Below, in pieces: positions 24,741 to 38,300 of a DNA stretch of 64,000 nucleotides. The stretch is from Macrostomum lignano (lineage: Eukaryota). Positions within the stretch are counted from its first letter, which is position 1. Each line of letters begins with the position of its first letter. The stretch covers positions 868,001 through 932,000 of the forward strand of contig NIVC01000040.1 of the NCBI GenBank assembly GCA_002269645.1, written 5' to 3'. A program made the position numbers and the translations under genes. The notes beneath the pieces are model-generated. The model was not told the origin of the DNA. It did not search any database and saw only the letters and a program-made list of their open reading frames with translations.

Positions 24741-25427
24741 AAAGATTAAGTCAGAGCACAAGGCTTGCTGAAAAAAAGGAAAAAATTAAAAAATTAAACA
24801 TTCTTCAGAACCAAATAATCAGACCCGTTTGTTTTTATATTTTCGCGAGCTATAATAATTATATTGTTAGAAAAATAAATTTCAAACAGAACTTGTGGAA
24901 GTTTTAGTTAAAGTATAAAATAAACAAATAATAAGTCGATTGCTATGAGACAAACTACAGAAAAAAATTAGTAAGCATTAATAATAGCAAAATATTTGCT
25001 GGGGTCATTAAAATGCAATTAATTAATTACGAATGCAAATTATATTGACTGGGATATAATAAAATGCACAATAATAATATGCTACTTTGAAAATGCAAAT
25101 AAATTTAAATTCAGTAAAATTGAACAGAAAAAAGCACCATTTCAAACTACTGACTGATGAAAATAGTAGTATGTACTGTATAAGGAAATAGAAGTTAGAG
25201 ACAGGTGATTATGTACTATTAATTTTTCGCGAATACATGCAATATAGAGATAAGAGATGGACAGTGTGGCACAGAGAGTGACTGTGTAAACTGTAAATAA
25301 ATTCGCGCACTTGGTAAACATTGATTAGGATGTATAATAATTACGGAAATTAGGAATCATTATGGCTAGTTAATTAGTAAAAATAATTTGGGCAGTAAAT
25401 AAATGGTATGCAATTAAATTTGCGACC

Positions 25428-26215
25428 GGCGACTGTCACTCTTAGCTACAGCAGTGTGAATGGCGACTGTCACTCTTAGCTACAGCAGTGTGAATGGCGA
25501 CTGTCACTCTTAGCTACAGCAGTGTGAATGGCGACTGTCACTCTTAGCTACAGCAGTGTGACCGGCGACTGCCACTCTTAGCTACAGCAGTGTGACTGGC
25601 GACTGTCAATCTTAGCTACAGCAGTGTGATTGGCGACTGTCACTCTTAGCTACAGCAGTGTGACTGGCGACTGTCACTCTTAGCTACAGCAGTGTGACTG
25701 GCGACTGTCAATCTTAGCTACAGCAGTGTGATTGGCGACTGTCACTCTTAGCTACAGCAGTGTGACTGGCGACTGTCACTCTTAGCTACAGCAGTGTGAA
25801 TGGCGACTGTCACTCTTAGCTACAGCAGTGTGAATGGCGACTGTCACTCTTAGCTACAGCAGTGTGACCGGCGACTGCCACTCTTAGCTACAGCAGTGTG
25901 ACCGGCGACTGCCACTCTTAGCTACAGCAGTGTGACTGGCGACTGTCAATCTTAGCTACAGCAGTGTGATTGGCGACTGTCACTCTTAGCTACAGCAGTG
26001 TGACTGGCGACTGTCACTCTTAGCTACAGCAGTGTGAATGGCGACTGTCACTCTTAGCTACAGCAGTGTGAATGGCGACTGTCACTCTTAGCTACAGCAG
26101 TGTGAATGGCGACTGTCAATCTTAGCTACAGCAGTGTGACTGGCGACTGTCAATCTTAGCTACAGCAGTGTGACTGGCGACTGTCACTCTTAGCTAGCAT
26201 CAAGTGTGACAATTG
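25428..26215. repeat. 34-bp minisatellite 3' of IQGAP, about 23 copies
   Basis: Unit GGCGACTGTCACTCTTAGCTACAGCAGTGTGAAT. Confidence 0.95.
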
Positions 26216-26351
26216 ACTGTCACTCTCAACTACAGTGTACTGTACCGTGACAGAGTCTACCAACCCGTCACATTGGTGCATTAGAAAAAGGAATTTCTAC
26301 TGTAAACAAAAATTGTCCACCCAAAACACAAAGCCACGCAGTTGTAGGCAG

Positions 26352-29300
26352 CTACTTGGTATAGAATTTCTTATTGATTAGGTGCAACAGCAGGTTGACA
26401 TTGACGCGGGCCCGGTTGAACACATGAATAGTGGCGGCGCCCTCGTGCTGCAGCCGGAGCAGCTCCTGAAGAGTCAGCTCAACCCTGTCCATCAGCACGC
26501 CCATGAAGCGGGCCACCACTTCGAATACGCCGTCGCCAATTTCCGTAACTTCGAACTGAAGATTTCGGTACTGACCGGGACTGAGGCCGTCGATTTCTTG
26601 CACAATGCCCCGCTTGTGCAGCTCGGCGGCCGTGTACTTCACCTGCTTCTGCTGCTGCTGCTGGCTGCCGCCGGAGCCGACGCGACTGGCCGCGCTGCTG
26701 GAGCTTCCGGCGCTGCGAGCCAGGGTGTGCTGACCGCGTACGCAGGCCTGACAGTAGCTGCGGCGGCGAGTGGGTGAGGGGGGAGGTGGTTTTGGTATGG
26801 ATCTGGCACTGTTGGGCTGTGTCCGACTGTCTGTATGTGTCTTGGCGGCTGTCTTTAAGCTTATCAGTCAGTGAATGTGAGTGAGTGAATGAGTGAGTGA
26901 GTGAATGAGTGAATGAATGAATGAGTGAGTGAGTGAGTGAATGAGTGAATGAATGAGTGAGTGAGTGAGTGAATGAGTGAGCGAGTGAGTGAGTGAGTGA
27001 GTGAATGAATGAGTGAGTGAATGAATGAGTGAGTGAGTGAGTGAGTGAGTGAATGAGTGAGTGAGTGAATGAGTGAGTGAGTGAATTAGTGAATGAATGA
27101 GTGAGTGAGTGAATGAGTGAGTGAGTGAGTGAGTGAATGAATGAGTGAGTGAGTGAATGAATGAGTGAGTGAGTGAATGAGTGTGAATGAATGAGTGAGT
27201 GAGTGAGTGAATGAATGAGTGAGTGAGTGAATGAATGAGTGAGTGAGTGAATGAGTGTGAATGAATGAATGAGTGAGTGAGTGAGTGAATGAGTGAATGA
27301 GTGAAAAAGAGAGTGAGTGAGTGAGCCAGTGAGTGAGTGAGTGAATGAGTGAGTGAGTGAATGAGTGAATGAGAGAGTGAGTGAATGAGTGAATGAATGA
27401 ATGAATGAGTGAGTGAGTGAGTGAATGAATGAGTGAGTGAGTGAGTGAATGAGTGAATGAGTGAAAAAGAGAGTGAGTGAGTGAGCCAGTGAGTGAATGA
27501 GTGAATGAGTGAAAAAGAGAGTGAGTGAGTGAGCCAGTGAGTGAGTGAGTGAATGAGTGAGTGAGTGAATGAGTGAATGAGAGAGTGAGTTAATGAGTGA
27601 ATGAATGAATGAGTGAGTGAGTGAGTGAGTGAATGAATGAGTGAGTGAGTGAGTGAATGAGTGAATGAGTGAAAAAGAGAGTGAGTGAGTGAGCCAGTGA
27701 GTGAGTGAGTGAATGAGTGAATGAGTGAATGAGAGAGTGAGTTAATGAGTGAATGAATGAATGAGTGAGTGAGTGAATGAGTGAATGAATGAGTGAGTGA
27801 GTAAGTGAATGAGTGAATGAGTGAAAAAGAGAGTGAGTGAGTGAGCCAGTGAGTGAGTGAGTGAATGAGTGAGTGAGTGAATGAGTGAATGAGAGAGTGA
27901 GTTAATGAGTGAATGAATGAATGAGTGAGTGAGTGAGTGAATGAGAGAGTGAGTTAATGAGTGAATGAATGAGTGAGTGAGTGAATGAGTGAATGCATGA
28001 GCGAGTGAGTGAGTGAGCCAGTGGGTGAGTGAGGTCTTACCGAGCATAGTAGTCGGCCTGCTCCTCCTGGAACCGCCGTTTCCAGGCCAGCCGCTGCCTG
28101 GTGGCGTACAGCCTGGCCAGCTCCTGCCTCCGCCTGGCCCGCTTGCCGTGCCACTGCCGGATGTCATCGGCCAGCTCCCGGAGCAGCCGGTCAACTGACC
28201 AGGCCGCGTCGCCGCCAGCCAGACGATCGAGCGCCTCGAGCACTCGCGATTTCTTAGCGTCGAGCGGCAGGCCGCCCTCCTTCAGGTTGGACCGGGACCG
28301 CCAGCCCGTGCCAGTCCGCACCTGCCGTTCGAGGCGCTCCCGCGATTTCAACAGCAACTCGTGCCGACGCTCCTCGGCCGGCGTCGATGTCGATCGGATC
28401 AGCTCGTCTAGGGGCTGGTCGGCATGGCAACTAAGCAGAATGTCTACTAATAGGCGCTTGGTACGCAGGGCCAAGGTGGCCGGGCCGGTCTGCTCGCTCA
28501 GGTAGTCCAAGTCTAGCGGATCGTGACGCGGCGACAGGTGAAGCGTGACGCGGCCGGACTGAGACGACGACGACGACGACGCGGCCGACAGCAGCGGACG
28601 GGCGCCGTCGGCTACTCGTTCGAGTTCGTCGAGTATCTCAGCCAACGGGTCGGCCGGGTCAGTCAGGCTTGGTCGAAGATCCAGCAGATCCAGGTGGAGA
28701 GTCTTTTGAAAAGAGTTGATAGGAATGGGGAAATCGGGTTTATGAATAGACTACTGCCAGATGTCTAATGTCAGCTGTGAATAGACTAGTGTGAATAGAC
28801 TACCTGTCAGCTGTGAATAGACTAGTGTGAATAGACTACCTGTCAGCTGTGAATAGACTAGTGTGAATAGACTACCTGTCAGCTGTGAATAGATAATTGT
28901 GTGAATAGACTACTTGTCAGTTGTGAATAGACTATCTGTCACCTGTGAACAGACTACCTGTCAGGTGTGATCAGACTACCTGTCAGCTGTGAACAGACTT
29001 CTGTCAGTTGTGAACAGACTTCTGTCAGTTGTGAACAGACTACCTATCAGTTGTGAATAGACTACCTGTCAGCTGTGAATAGGCTACCTATCAGCTGTGA
29101 ACAGACTACCTGTCAGTTGTGAACAGACTACCTGTCACCTGTGAACGGACTAATTATCAGCTGTGAACAGACTACCTGTCAGCTGTGAACAGACTACCTG
29201 TCAGCTGTGAACAGACTACCTGTCAGCTGTGAACAGACTACCTGTCAGCTGTGAACAGACTACCTGTCAGCTGTGAACAGACTACCTGTCAGTTGTGAAC

Positions 29301-32300
29301 AGACTACCTGTCAGCTGTGAACAGACTACCTGTCAGCTGTGAACAGACTACCTGTCAGCTGTGAACAGACTACCTGTCAGCTGTGAACAGACTACCTGTC
29401 AGCTGTGAACAGACTACCTATCAGCTGTGAACAGACTACCTGTCAGCTGTGAACAGACTACCTGTCAGCTGTGAACAAACTGCCTGTCACCTGTGAACGG
29501 ACCACCTGTCAGCTGTGAACAGACTACCTGTCAGCTGTGAACAGACTACCTGTCAGCTGTGAACAAACTGCCTGTCACCTGTGAACGGACCACCTGTCAG
29601 CTGTGAACAGATTACCTGTCAGCTGTGAACAAACTGCCTGTCACCTGTGAACGGACCAACTATCAGCTGTGAACAGACTACCTATCAGCTGTGAACAGTC
29701 TACCTGTCAGGCGTGATTAGCTAAAACTCACCTGCAGATCATCGACAGAGATATGCAGCGTAGGCACAGTCAGCCGGGCCATCTCGCTGTATTCGTCCAT
29801 GTCAAATTCTGCTCCAGGGTCGGCAGTCTCGCGGCACTCGGTGAGCAGCAGATCCTTCAAAGACTGATGCCATTCGCGCAGGCTCCGATTGAGACAGTGC
29901 AGATGAGAGCAACTCTCGGCGCCAAAGCCTTTATTAGCCGCGGCTAGTTGAAGCATCTTGGCCACGCTGCCGAGGGTGCGCCGTTGCTCCGGCGTCAGCG
30001 GCAGCAGGCTGGCGTCGTCGATAACGTCGTGCGACTCCGGCGAGGCGAGCATCGGGCTAATGAATCGGGTGATAACCTGTTGATTGGAGTGAATTGATTA
30101 TTTATTGATTTGATTTATGATTTTGGCATGTCGGCGAAGCTGGTTAGATAAATGGTGAGACAGCTGTGGTATGAACAGTGAGACAGGGGTGAGATTTAGA
30201 GTTAGACAAGGTGAGATTTAGAGTCAGAAAGGGGTGATATTTAAAGTGAGACATGGATGAGATTGAGAGTGACACAGGAGTGAGACTGAGCGAGACAGGG
30301 TGAGATTAAGAGTGAGACAGGGGTGAGATTAAGAGTGAGACAGGGGTGATATTAAGAGTGAGACACGGCACACGGATGAGATTAAGAGCAAGACAAGGCT
30401 GAGATGAAAGTGAGACAGAGGTGAGATAAAAAGTGAGACAGGGGTGAGATAAAAAGTGAGACAGGGGTGAGATTTAAGGTGTCACAGGGGTGTGAGATTA
30501 AGAGAGACAGGGGTGATATTAAAAAGAAGGCGCGGGTGAGATGGAAAGTGAGACAGGGATGAGATGAGATAATGGCGTGAGAAGGATAAGATTTAGAGTG
30601 AGACGGAAGTGAGATTTTGGTGAGACAGAGGTAAGATTATGGTGCAACACGGATGAGACATGGAGTGAGACTAAGTAATAATGGGGTGAGATCAAGTCTG
30701 ATCGAAGAAACACATTAGTTTAAATGGAATAAGGTCAGATTCAGGAACTCACCATCTGACATGTCAGCTTAATAGCGTCCTTCTCTGGACAAGTGGAATT
30801 CGAGTTAGCCAGCATTGGCACCAGGTATTCGCGAATGCATTTGGCCGCTAACCGAACAGAATAGGGCAGGCGGCACTGGGTGAGGGCCCGGACGAATTGG
30901 CCGGCTGTTTGGCGGAGGGCGCGAACGTTGGCGTCTAGCCGGGAGCGAACCTCCGGCTGCTCGAGCGCCTGCTCAGCCGTCACCTGAGTTTCAGGAGGAA
31001 TGGTTCGCAATGGCGACTTGTAAATGGCGATTCTCATGGGGAGGGTAAATGGCGATTCTCATGGGGAGGGTAAATGGCGATTATTATGGGGAGGGTAAAT
31101 GGCGATTCTCATAGGGAGGGTAAATGGCGATTCTCATGGGGAGGGTAAATGGCGATTCTCATGGGGAGGGTAAATGGCGATTCTCAAGGGAGGGTAAATA
31201 GCGATTTTCAAGGGGGGGGGGGTAAAATGCGATTCTCAAGGGAGGGTAAATGGCGATTATCAAGGGAGGGCAAACGGCGATCCTGAAGTGGAGGGTAAAT
31301 GGCGATTCTCATGGGGAGGGTAAATGGAGATTCTCATGGGGACGGTAAATGGCGATTCTCATGGGGAGGGTAAATGGCGATTCTCATGGGGAGGGTAAAT
31401 GGCGATTTTCAAGTGGGAGGTAAATGGCGATTCTCATGGGGAGGGTAAATGACGATTCGCTGTACAGTCCAGCTCTTACCTGATAGGGCAGACCAGCAGG
31501 CACACCGCTCTCCGTCTCCTTCTCGGCCAGCCAAAGCGCGTACACCTCGGCGGGGCTGGAATTCACACACAGACTGGAGTCTCGCAGACAGGCGCCAACG
31601 AGAGGACGAAGCAGAGTTGACAGACAGGCCTGATGGGTAGATAAAAAAGTTATTTTAGCGACACTACTGAAAGTAGCTAATTATTGAGTGGCTATTCTAG
31701 CTACACTACTGTAAGTAGCTGATTATTGAGTGGCTATTCTAGCTACACTACTGAAAGTAGCTGATTATTGAGTGGCTATTCTAGCTACACTACTGTAATT
31801 AGCTGATTATTGAGTGGCTATTCTAGCTACACTACTGTAAGTAGCTGATTATTGAGTGGCTATTCTAGCTACACTACTGTAATTAGCTGATTATTAAGTG
31901 AATATTCTAGCTACACTACTGTAATTAGCTGATTATTAAGTGAATATTCTAGCTACACTACTGTAAGTAGCTGATTATTAAGTGAATATTCTAGCTACAC
32001 TACTGTAATTAGCTGATTATTAAGTGAATATTCTAGCTACACTACTGTAATTAGCTGATTATTAAGTGAATATTCTAGCTACACTACTGTAAGTAGCTGA
32101 TTATTGAGTGAATATTCTAGCTACACTACTGTAATTAGCTGATTATTAAGTGAATATTCTAGCTACACTACTGTAATTAGCTGATTATTAAGTGAATATT
32201 CTAGCTACACTACTGTAAGTAGCTGATTATTAAGTGAATATTCTAGCTACACTACTGTAATTAGCTGATTATTAAGTGAATATTCTAGCTACACTACTGT

Positions 32301-35300
32301 AAGTAGCTGATTATTAAGTGAATATTCTAGCTACACTACTGTAATTAGCTGATTATTAAGTGAATATTCTAGCTACACTACTGTAATTAGCTGATTATTA
32401 AGTGAATATTCTAGCTACACTACTGTAATTAGCTGATTATTGAGTGGCTATTCTAGCTACACTACTGTAAGTAGCTGATTATTAAGTGAATATTCTAGCT
32501 ACACTACTGTAATTAGCTGATTATTGAGTGGCTATTCTAGCTACACTACTGTAAGTAGCTGATTATTAAGTGAATATTCTAGCTACACTACTGTAAGTAG
32601 CTGATTATTAAGTGAATATTCTAGCTACACTACTGTAAGTAGCTGATTATTAAGTGAATATTCTAGCTACACTACTGTAAGTAGCTGATTATTAAGTGAA
32701 TATTCTAGCTACACTACTGTAAGTAGCTGATTATTAAGTGAATATTCTAGCTACACTACTGTAATTAGCTGATTATTAAGTGAATATTCTAGCTACACTA
32801 CTGTAATTAGCTGATTATTAAGTGAATATTCTAGCTACACTACTGTAAGTAGCTGATTATTGAGTGGCTATTCTAGCTACACTACTGTAAGTAGCTGATT
32901 ATTAAGTGAATATTCTAGCTACACTACTGTAATTAGCTGATTATTAAGTGAATATTCTAGCTACACTACTGTAAGTAGCTGATTATTGAGTGGCTATTCT
33001 AGCTACACTACTGTAAGTAGCTGATTATTAAGTGAATATTCTAGCTACACTACTGTAAGTAGCTGATTATTAAGTGAATATTCTAGCTACACTACTGTAA
33101 GTAGCTGATTATTAAGTGAATATTCTAGCTACACTACTGTAATTAGCTGATTATTAAGTGAATATTCTAGCTACACTACTGTAATTAGCTGATTATTGAG
33201 TGGCTATTCTAGCTACACTACTGTAAGTAGCTGATTATTAAGTGAATATTCTAGCTACACTACTGTAAGTAGCTGATTATTGAGTGAATATTCTAGCTAC
33301 ACTACTGTAATTAGCTGATTATTAAGTGAATATTCTAGCTACACTACTGTAATTAGCTGATTATTAAGTGAATATTCTAGCTACACTACTGTAATTAGCT
33401 GATTATTAAGTGAATATTCTAGCTACACTACTGTAATTAGCTGATTATTGAGTGGCTATTCTAGCTACACTACTGTAAGTAGCTGATTATTGAGTGGCTA
33501 TTCTAGTGACACTACTATAAGTAGCTGATTACTAAATGCTATTCTAGTGAGACTACTGTAAGTAGCTGACAAAATGAGCGTCAATGTAAAGGGCTAATAC
33601 CTGACCAGCTTTAGACATGCCACTAAGCAGTTTGCCTAGTCCTGGCGTAGGTGACAGCACCTCGGCTGGCCGGTAGAGCCTGGCCAGCTCCTGCGGCAGC
33701 GCAGAGCAGAACAGCCTCATGTACAAGTACTGCTCACGATCGCCCTCTAGATAGTTGAACAGCTGCAACAATGGCAGCGACTCCGGGGTCTGCTGCAGCG
33801 AGCTAGTTAGATAAACTGGCTGAGTCTGCAGCAGGTGCACTAACTGTTGGTAGAGCTCGATCTTCTTGGCCTCCTTCTCAACTTGTTGGCGAGTTAGCTG
33901 AGATCTATGAAATTGGGTTTTGAAAATTATAGTTGAGTACGTGCACCTTGTGACACTTTGAACGAAAGTGTCACACAACCGGCGTGAGGCATTCCGCCGA
34001 CTTCCTCGACCCTGAGCAGGCACACACTCACACAGGAGTGTACAGCGGCCCCGACTTATCGTTAAGTAAAGTCAGGACATGTACACTCCACCCTCAAGGG
34101 AGCCAAATCAAAATTTTAATTTAGCCCAAAATCAATGTCACTGCACTTGGAATCGAACCTGGGCCGCTGACACAGAGTCCTAGACCACTAGGCTACGGCT
34201 ACCATTACGTGACTAAAAAAGACGAGACTATAAAAATGAAGATCACGTGACTAAAAGAGCTGAGGCTATAAAAATGAAGATCACGTGACTAAAAGAGCTG
34301 AGGCTATTAAAATGAAGATCACGTGACTAAAAGAGCTGAGGCTATTAAAATGAAGATCACGTGATTAAAAGAGCTGAGGCTATAAAAATGAAGATCACGT
34401 GACTAAAAGAGCTGAGGCTATAAAAATGAAGATCACGTGACTAAAAGAGCTGAGGCTATAAAAATGAACATCACGTGACTAAAAGAGCTGACACTATAAA
34501 AAATGAACATCACGTGACCAAGAGAGTTGAGATTCTGAACTGACCATCACGTGATTGACAGCAAACCAGACTCACCCCGACCCAGAACCAGACGACTCCG
34601 CACTGGCCGCGGCAGTACCAGAGGCGCCGCCACCGCCTGACCTGTCGCCCAATAGCCGATTTGAATGCCGAACCACCTCTTGCAGAGTGAGTCGATTTCG
34701 AACTAGCAAACCAATTTTTGTGTCCATCTCGCTTAGTTGGCGTTCAACTTTTTGGCATTGGCGAATCTCTTCAACAATTTCGGCGCGCACTCGTACTAGC
34801 TCAATTTCCTGGTGATAGTCCGACCAGCTGTGCTCGGCCGCCTGCAGGAACGGCCGAAGACTGGACAGCGTCACTGGCCGGCTAGGATCGCACAGTCGCT
34901 GGTATTGTTGCCGAACCCGACAGCCGCGCCACCAAGCTTGAATGCGAATAACTCGACGCTCCAACGAACGGTAGAGAATGAGCTGAAAAAGACGTATGAC
35001 AACAACATCTATACTTTCGATACATATCGGCTAGCTGAACTATTTTCTTAGATTCGACTATTTTGACGGTAAAAAATCTATCGTACTACTTGAACTTGTA
35101 GCAGTAATATTACAGGGATATTTTATTGTTTTTACAATTAGATACGATTCTACAATTAAAATGAATTTTCGATACATAATGGCTAAGAATACTATCTCAG
35201 ATTTGAGAATTTCAACGGTGAAAAATCTATCATACTACTGAAATTTTGAAGCAGTAATACAACTAGGATAGTCGATTGTTTCTTGTATGATTCAGCAGGT

Positions 35301-38300
35301 AAACGTAATTTTCGATACATATCGGCTATTTTGTATCCGTATGTTTTTTTACATCTCGTTGAAATAGCTAAAATACAATTTTTTTTTCTAAAAATATAAA
35401 ATCGCACCTGTTCTTTGTAAGCCCGCCTGGCGATAACCATTCTTGCTCGAGCCTGCATTTGAACAATAATAGACAAATAGCAATTGTAACGCGCTAGTCG
35501 CCTCTCCAGTTGTCGATCGCGTTGACAACGACGCCACCAACGCTGGATGGCCACAATCTGGTCTAAGCTGTTTGAGTACAGCTGTCGACGTTCTCGAAGA
35601 CGCCGTCGAACTAAGAAACCGCGCATAGCAGCTTGCAGGGTGATAATAAACGGTAAGCTAGTCTCGCGAATTCGACTCTTTCTAAACTCTTCGTTTTCCC
35701 GTCTGACAGCCTCTTCGGCTTCCTCGCGAGTTAGCAGCGGCGCCGGCGGGAGGGCCGGAGGTCGGTCGGACCAGACCAGGCGGCGCTGGGGCAACAGCAC
35801 ATAGAATGGCCGGGTTGGCCAGCGGACAACTAGCACGCTGGGCTGCAGCAGGTGCGACTGGAATGCGTTGATGGGAAGAACGAATTCAGTTAATGACAGC
35901 TGCTACTAGGCTTATAAAATCATTTAACTACATTGGACTTCAGGGACCGTTTTTTATAAACTCATTGATGTTAGCCTCAGGAACCGCTATCATAATGTGA
36001 CTGATACTTCAGGAACCGCTCCTAAAACACCCCACCGATACTTCAGGAACCGCTCCTACAACCGCACCGATACTTCAGGAACCGCTCCCACAACCCCACC
36101 GATACTTCAGGAACCGCTCCCACAACCCCACCGATACTTCAGGAACCGCTCCTACAACCCCACCGATACTTCAGGAACCGCTCCTACAACCGCACCGATA
36201 CTTCAGGAACCGCTCCCACAACCCCACCGATACTTCAGGAACCGCTCCTACAACCCCACCGATACTTCAGGAACCGCTCCTACAACCCCACCGATACTTC
36301 AGGAACCGCTCCTACAACCGCACCGATACTTCAGGAACCGCTCCTACAACCGCACCGATACTTCAGGAACCGCTCCTACAACCCCACCGATACTTCAGGA
36401 ACCGCTCCTACAACCCCTCACCGATACTTCAGGAACCGCTCCTAAAACCGCACCGATACTTCAGGAACCGCTCCTACAACCCCACCGATACTTCAGGAAC
36501 CGCTCCTACAACCCCACCGATACTTCAGGAACCGCTCCTACAACCCCACCGATACTTCAGGAACCGCTCCTACAACCGCACCGATACTTCAGGAACCGCT
36601 CCACAACCCCACCGATACTTCAGGAACCGCTCCTACAACCCCACCGATACTTCAGGAACCGCTCCTACAACCCCACCGATACTTCAGGAACCGCTCCTAC
36701 AACCGCACCGATACTTCAGGAACCGCTCCTACAACCCCACCGATACTTCAGGAACCGCTCCTACAACCGCACCGATACTTCAGGAACCGCTCCTACAACA
36801 CCTCACCGATGCTTCAGGAACCGCTCCTACAACCCCTCACCGTTACTTCAGGAACCGCTCCTACAACACCTCACCGATGCTTCAAGAACCGCTCCTACAA
36901 CCCCTCACCGATACTTCAGGAACCGCTCCTACAACCCCTCACCGATGCTTCAAGAACCGCTCCTACAACCCCTCACCGATACTTCAGGAACCGCTCCTAC
37001 AACCGCACCGATACTTCAAGAACCGCTCCTACAACCCCTCACCGATACTTCAGGAACCGCTCCTACAACCCCTCACCGATACTTCAGGAACCGCTCCCAC
37101 AACCCCAGCGATACTTCAGGAACCGCTCCTACAACCCCTCACCGTTACTTCAGGAACCGCTCCTACAACCCCTCACCGTTACTTCAGGAACCGCTCCTAC
37201 AACACCTCACCGATGCTTCAAGAACCGCTCCTACAACCCCTCACCGATACTTCAGGAACCGCTCCTACAACCCCTCACCGATACTTCAGGAACCGCTCCT
37301 ACAACCCCACCGATGCTTCAAGAACCGCTCCTACAACCCCTCACCGATACTTCAGGAACCGCTCCTACAACCCCACCGATGCTTCAAGAACCGCTCCTAC
37401 ACCACCTCACCGATACTTCAGGAACCGCTCCTACAACCCCTCACCGATAATTCAGGAACCGCTCCCACAACCCCAGCGATACTTCAGGAACCGCTCCTAC
37501 AACCCCTCACCGATACTTCAGGAACCGCTCCCACAACCCCAGCGATACTTCAGGAACCGCTCCTACAACACCTCACCGATACCTCAAGAACCGCTAATTA
37601 GAACGTTATGGAAACTACAGTGGCTGCTCCTATTCAACTTCATCAATAGTCACTAATCCGCTCACCCCATCAAGCCGGCCCGCAAAGCCCAATTCATCAG
37701 CTTTGAATCCTCGCAGCGACATCAGCCGATCTAGGTAAGTCCCAGCCAGAGCTTTCAACACTGGCACGCCCAACCGTAGCCTAGGATCGGCTAGCACGCT
37801 AACAACGCCGCTAGTGTCTATAATACTCGTATCGGCGTCTTGGTCGGCGCAGTCGGCTAGCGCCGCTTCCAGTCGCCACAGGCAGTCGACAAGATCGCGA
37901 GCCTCGCCTAGGAGACGGCCGGCCTCGCGTCGGCAGTCTTGCAGATCCTGCAGCCAGAGGTCGCGATCCAGTTGGACGCAGGCGCGATCGCGTAGCAGAG
38001 CTAAGCAGAGCTCGCTCAGCTCAGACTCGAGAGACTCAACCTGAAGTCCCGAGGCCAGCAGACCGGCAAGCCGAGACGCTTCGTCAACGGAGATTTCGTT
38101 GCCATCCGATTCGAATTCGATAGCAGCTCGAAGACGCGAGTTGAGCTCACGTATAGCGCGCAATTGACGCGCTTCGCGTTGTTCAGCATCTGCATTTGCG
38201 CGCTTCAGCTGCTGCTGCCGCTGCTGTTGCTGCTGCCGACGCGCCCGATTGACTTGGACAAGACAGTGGGCAATCTCGCGATGGGTCAACCAGCGACCGT

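Noticed and set aside
28765-29712. CAG|GTAG and TTCACAG splice-like motifs in each 22-bp unit as micro-exons
   Set aside because: A 7-nt exon would shift the frame, the donor is weak, and unlike the CTSC array the unit is not exon-derived.
25428-33570. 34-42-bp repeat arrays as CRISPR candidates
   Set aside because: Units are head-to-tail with no unique spacers, the context is eukaryotic, and there are no cas genes.
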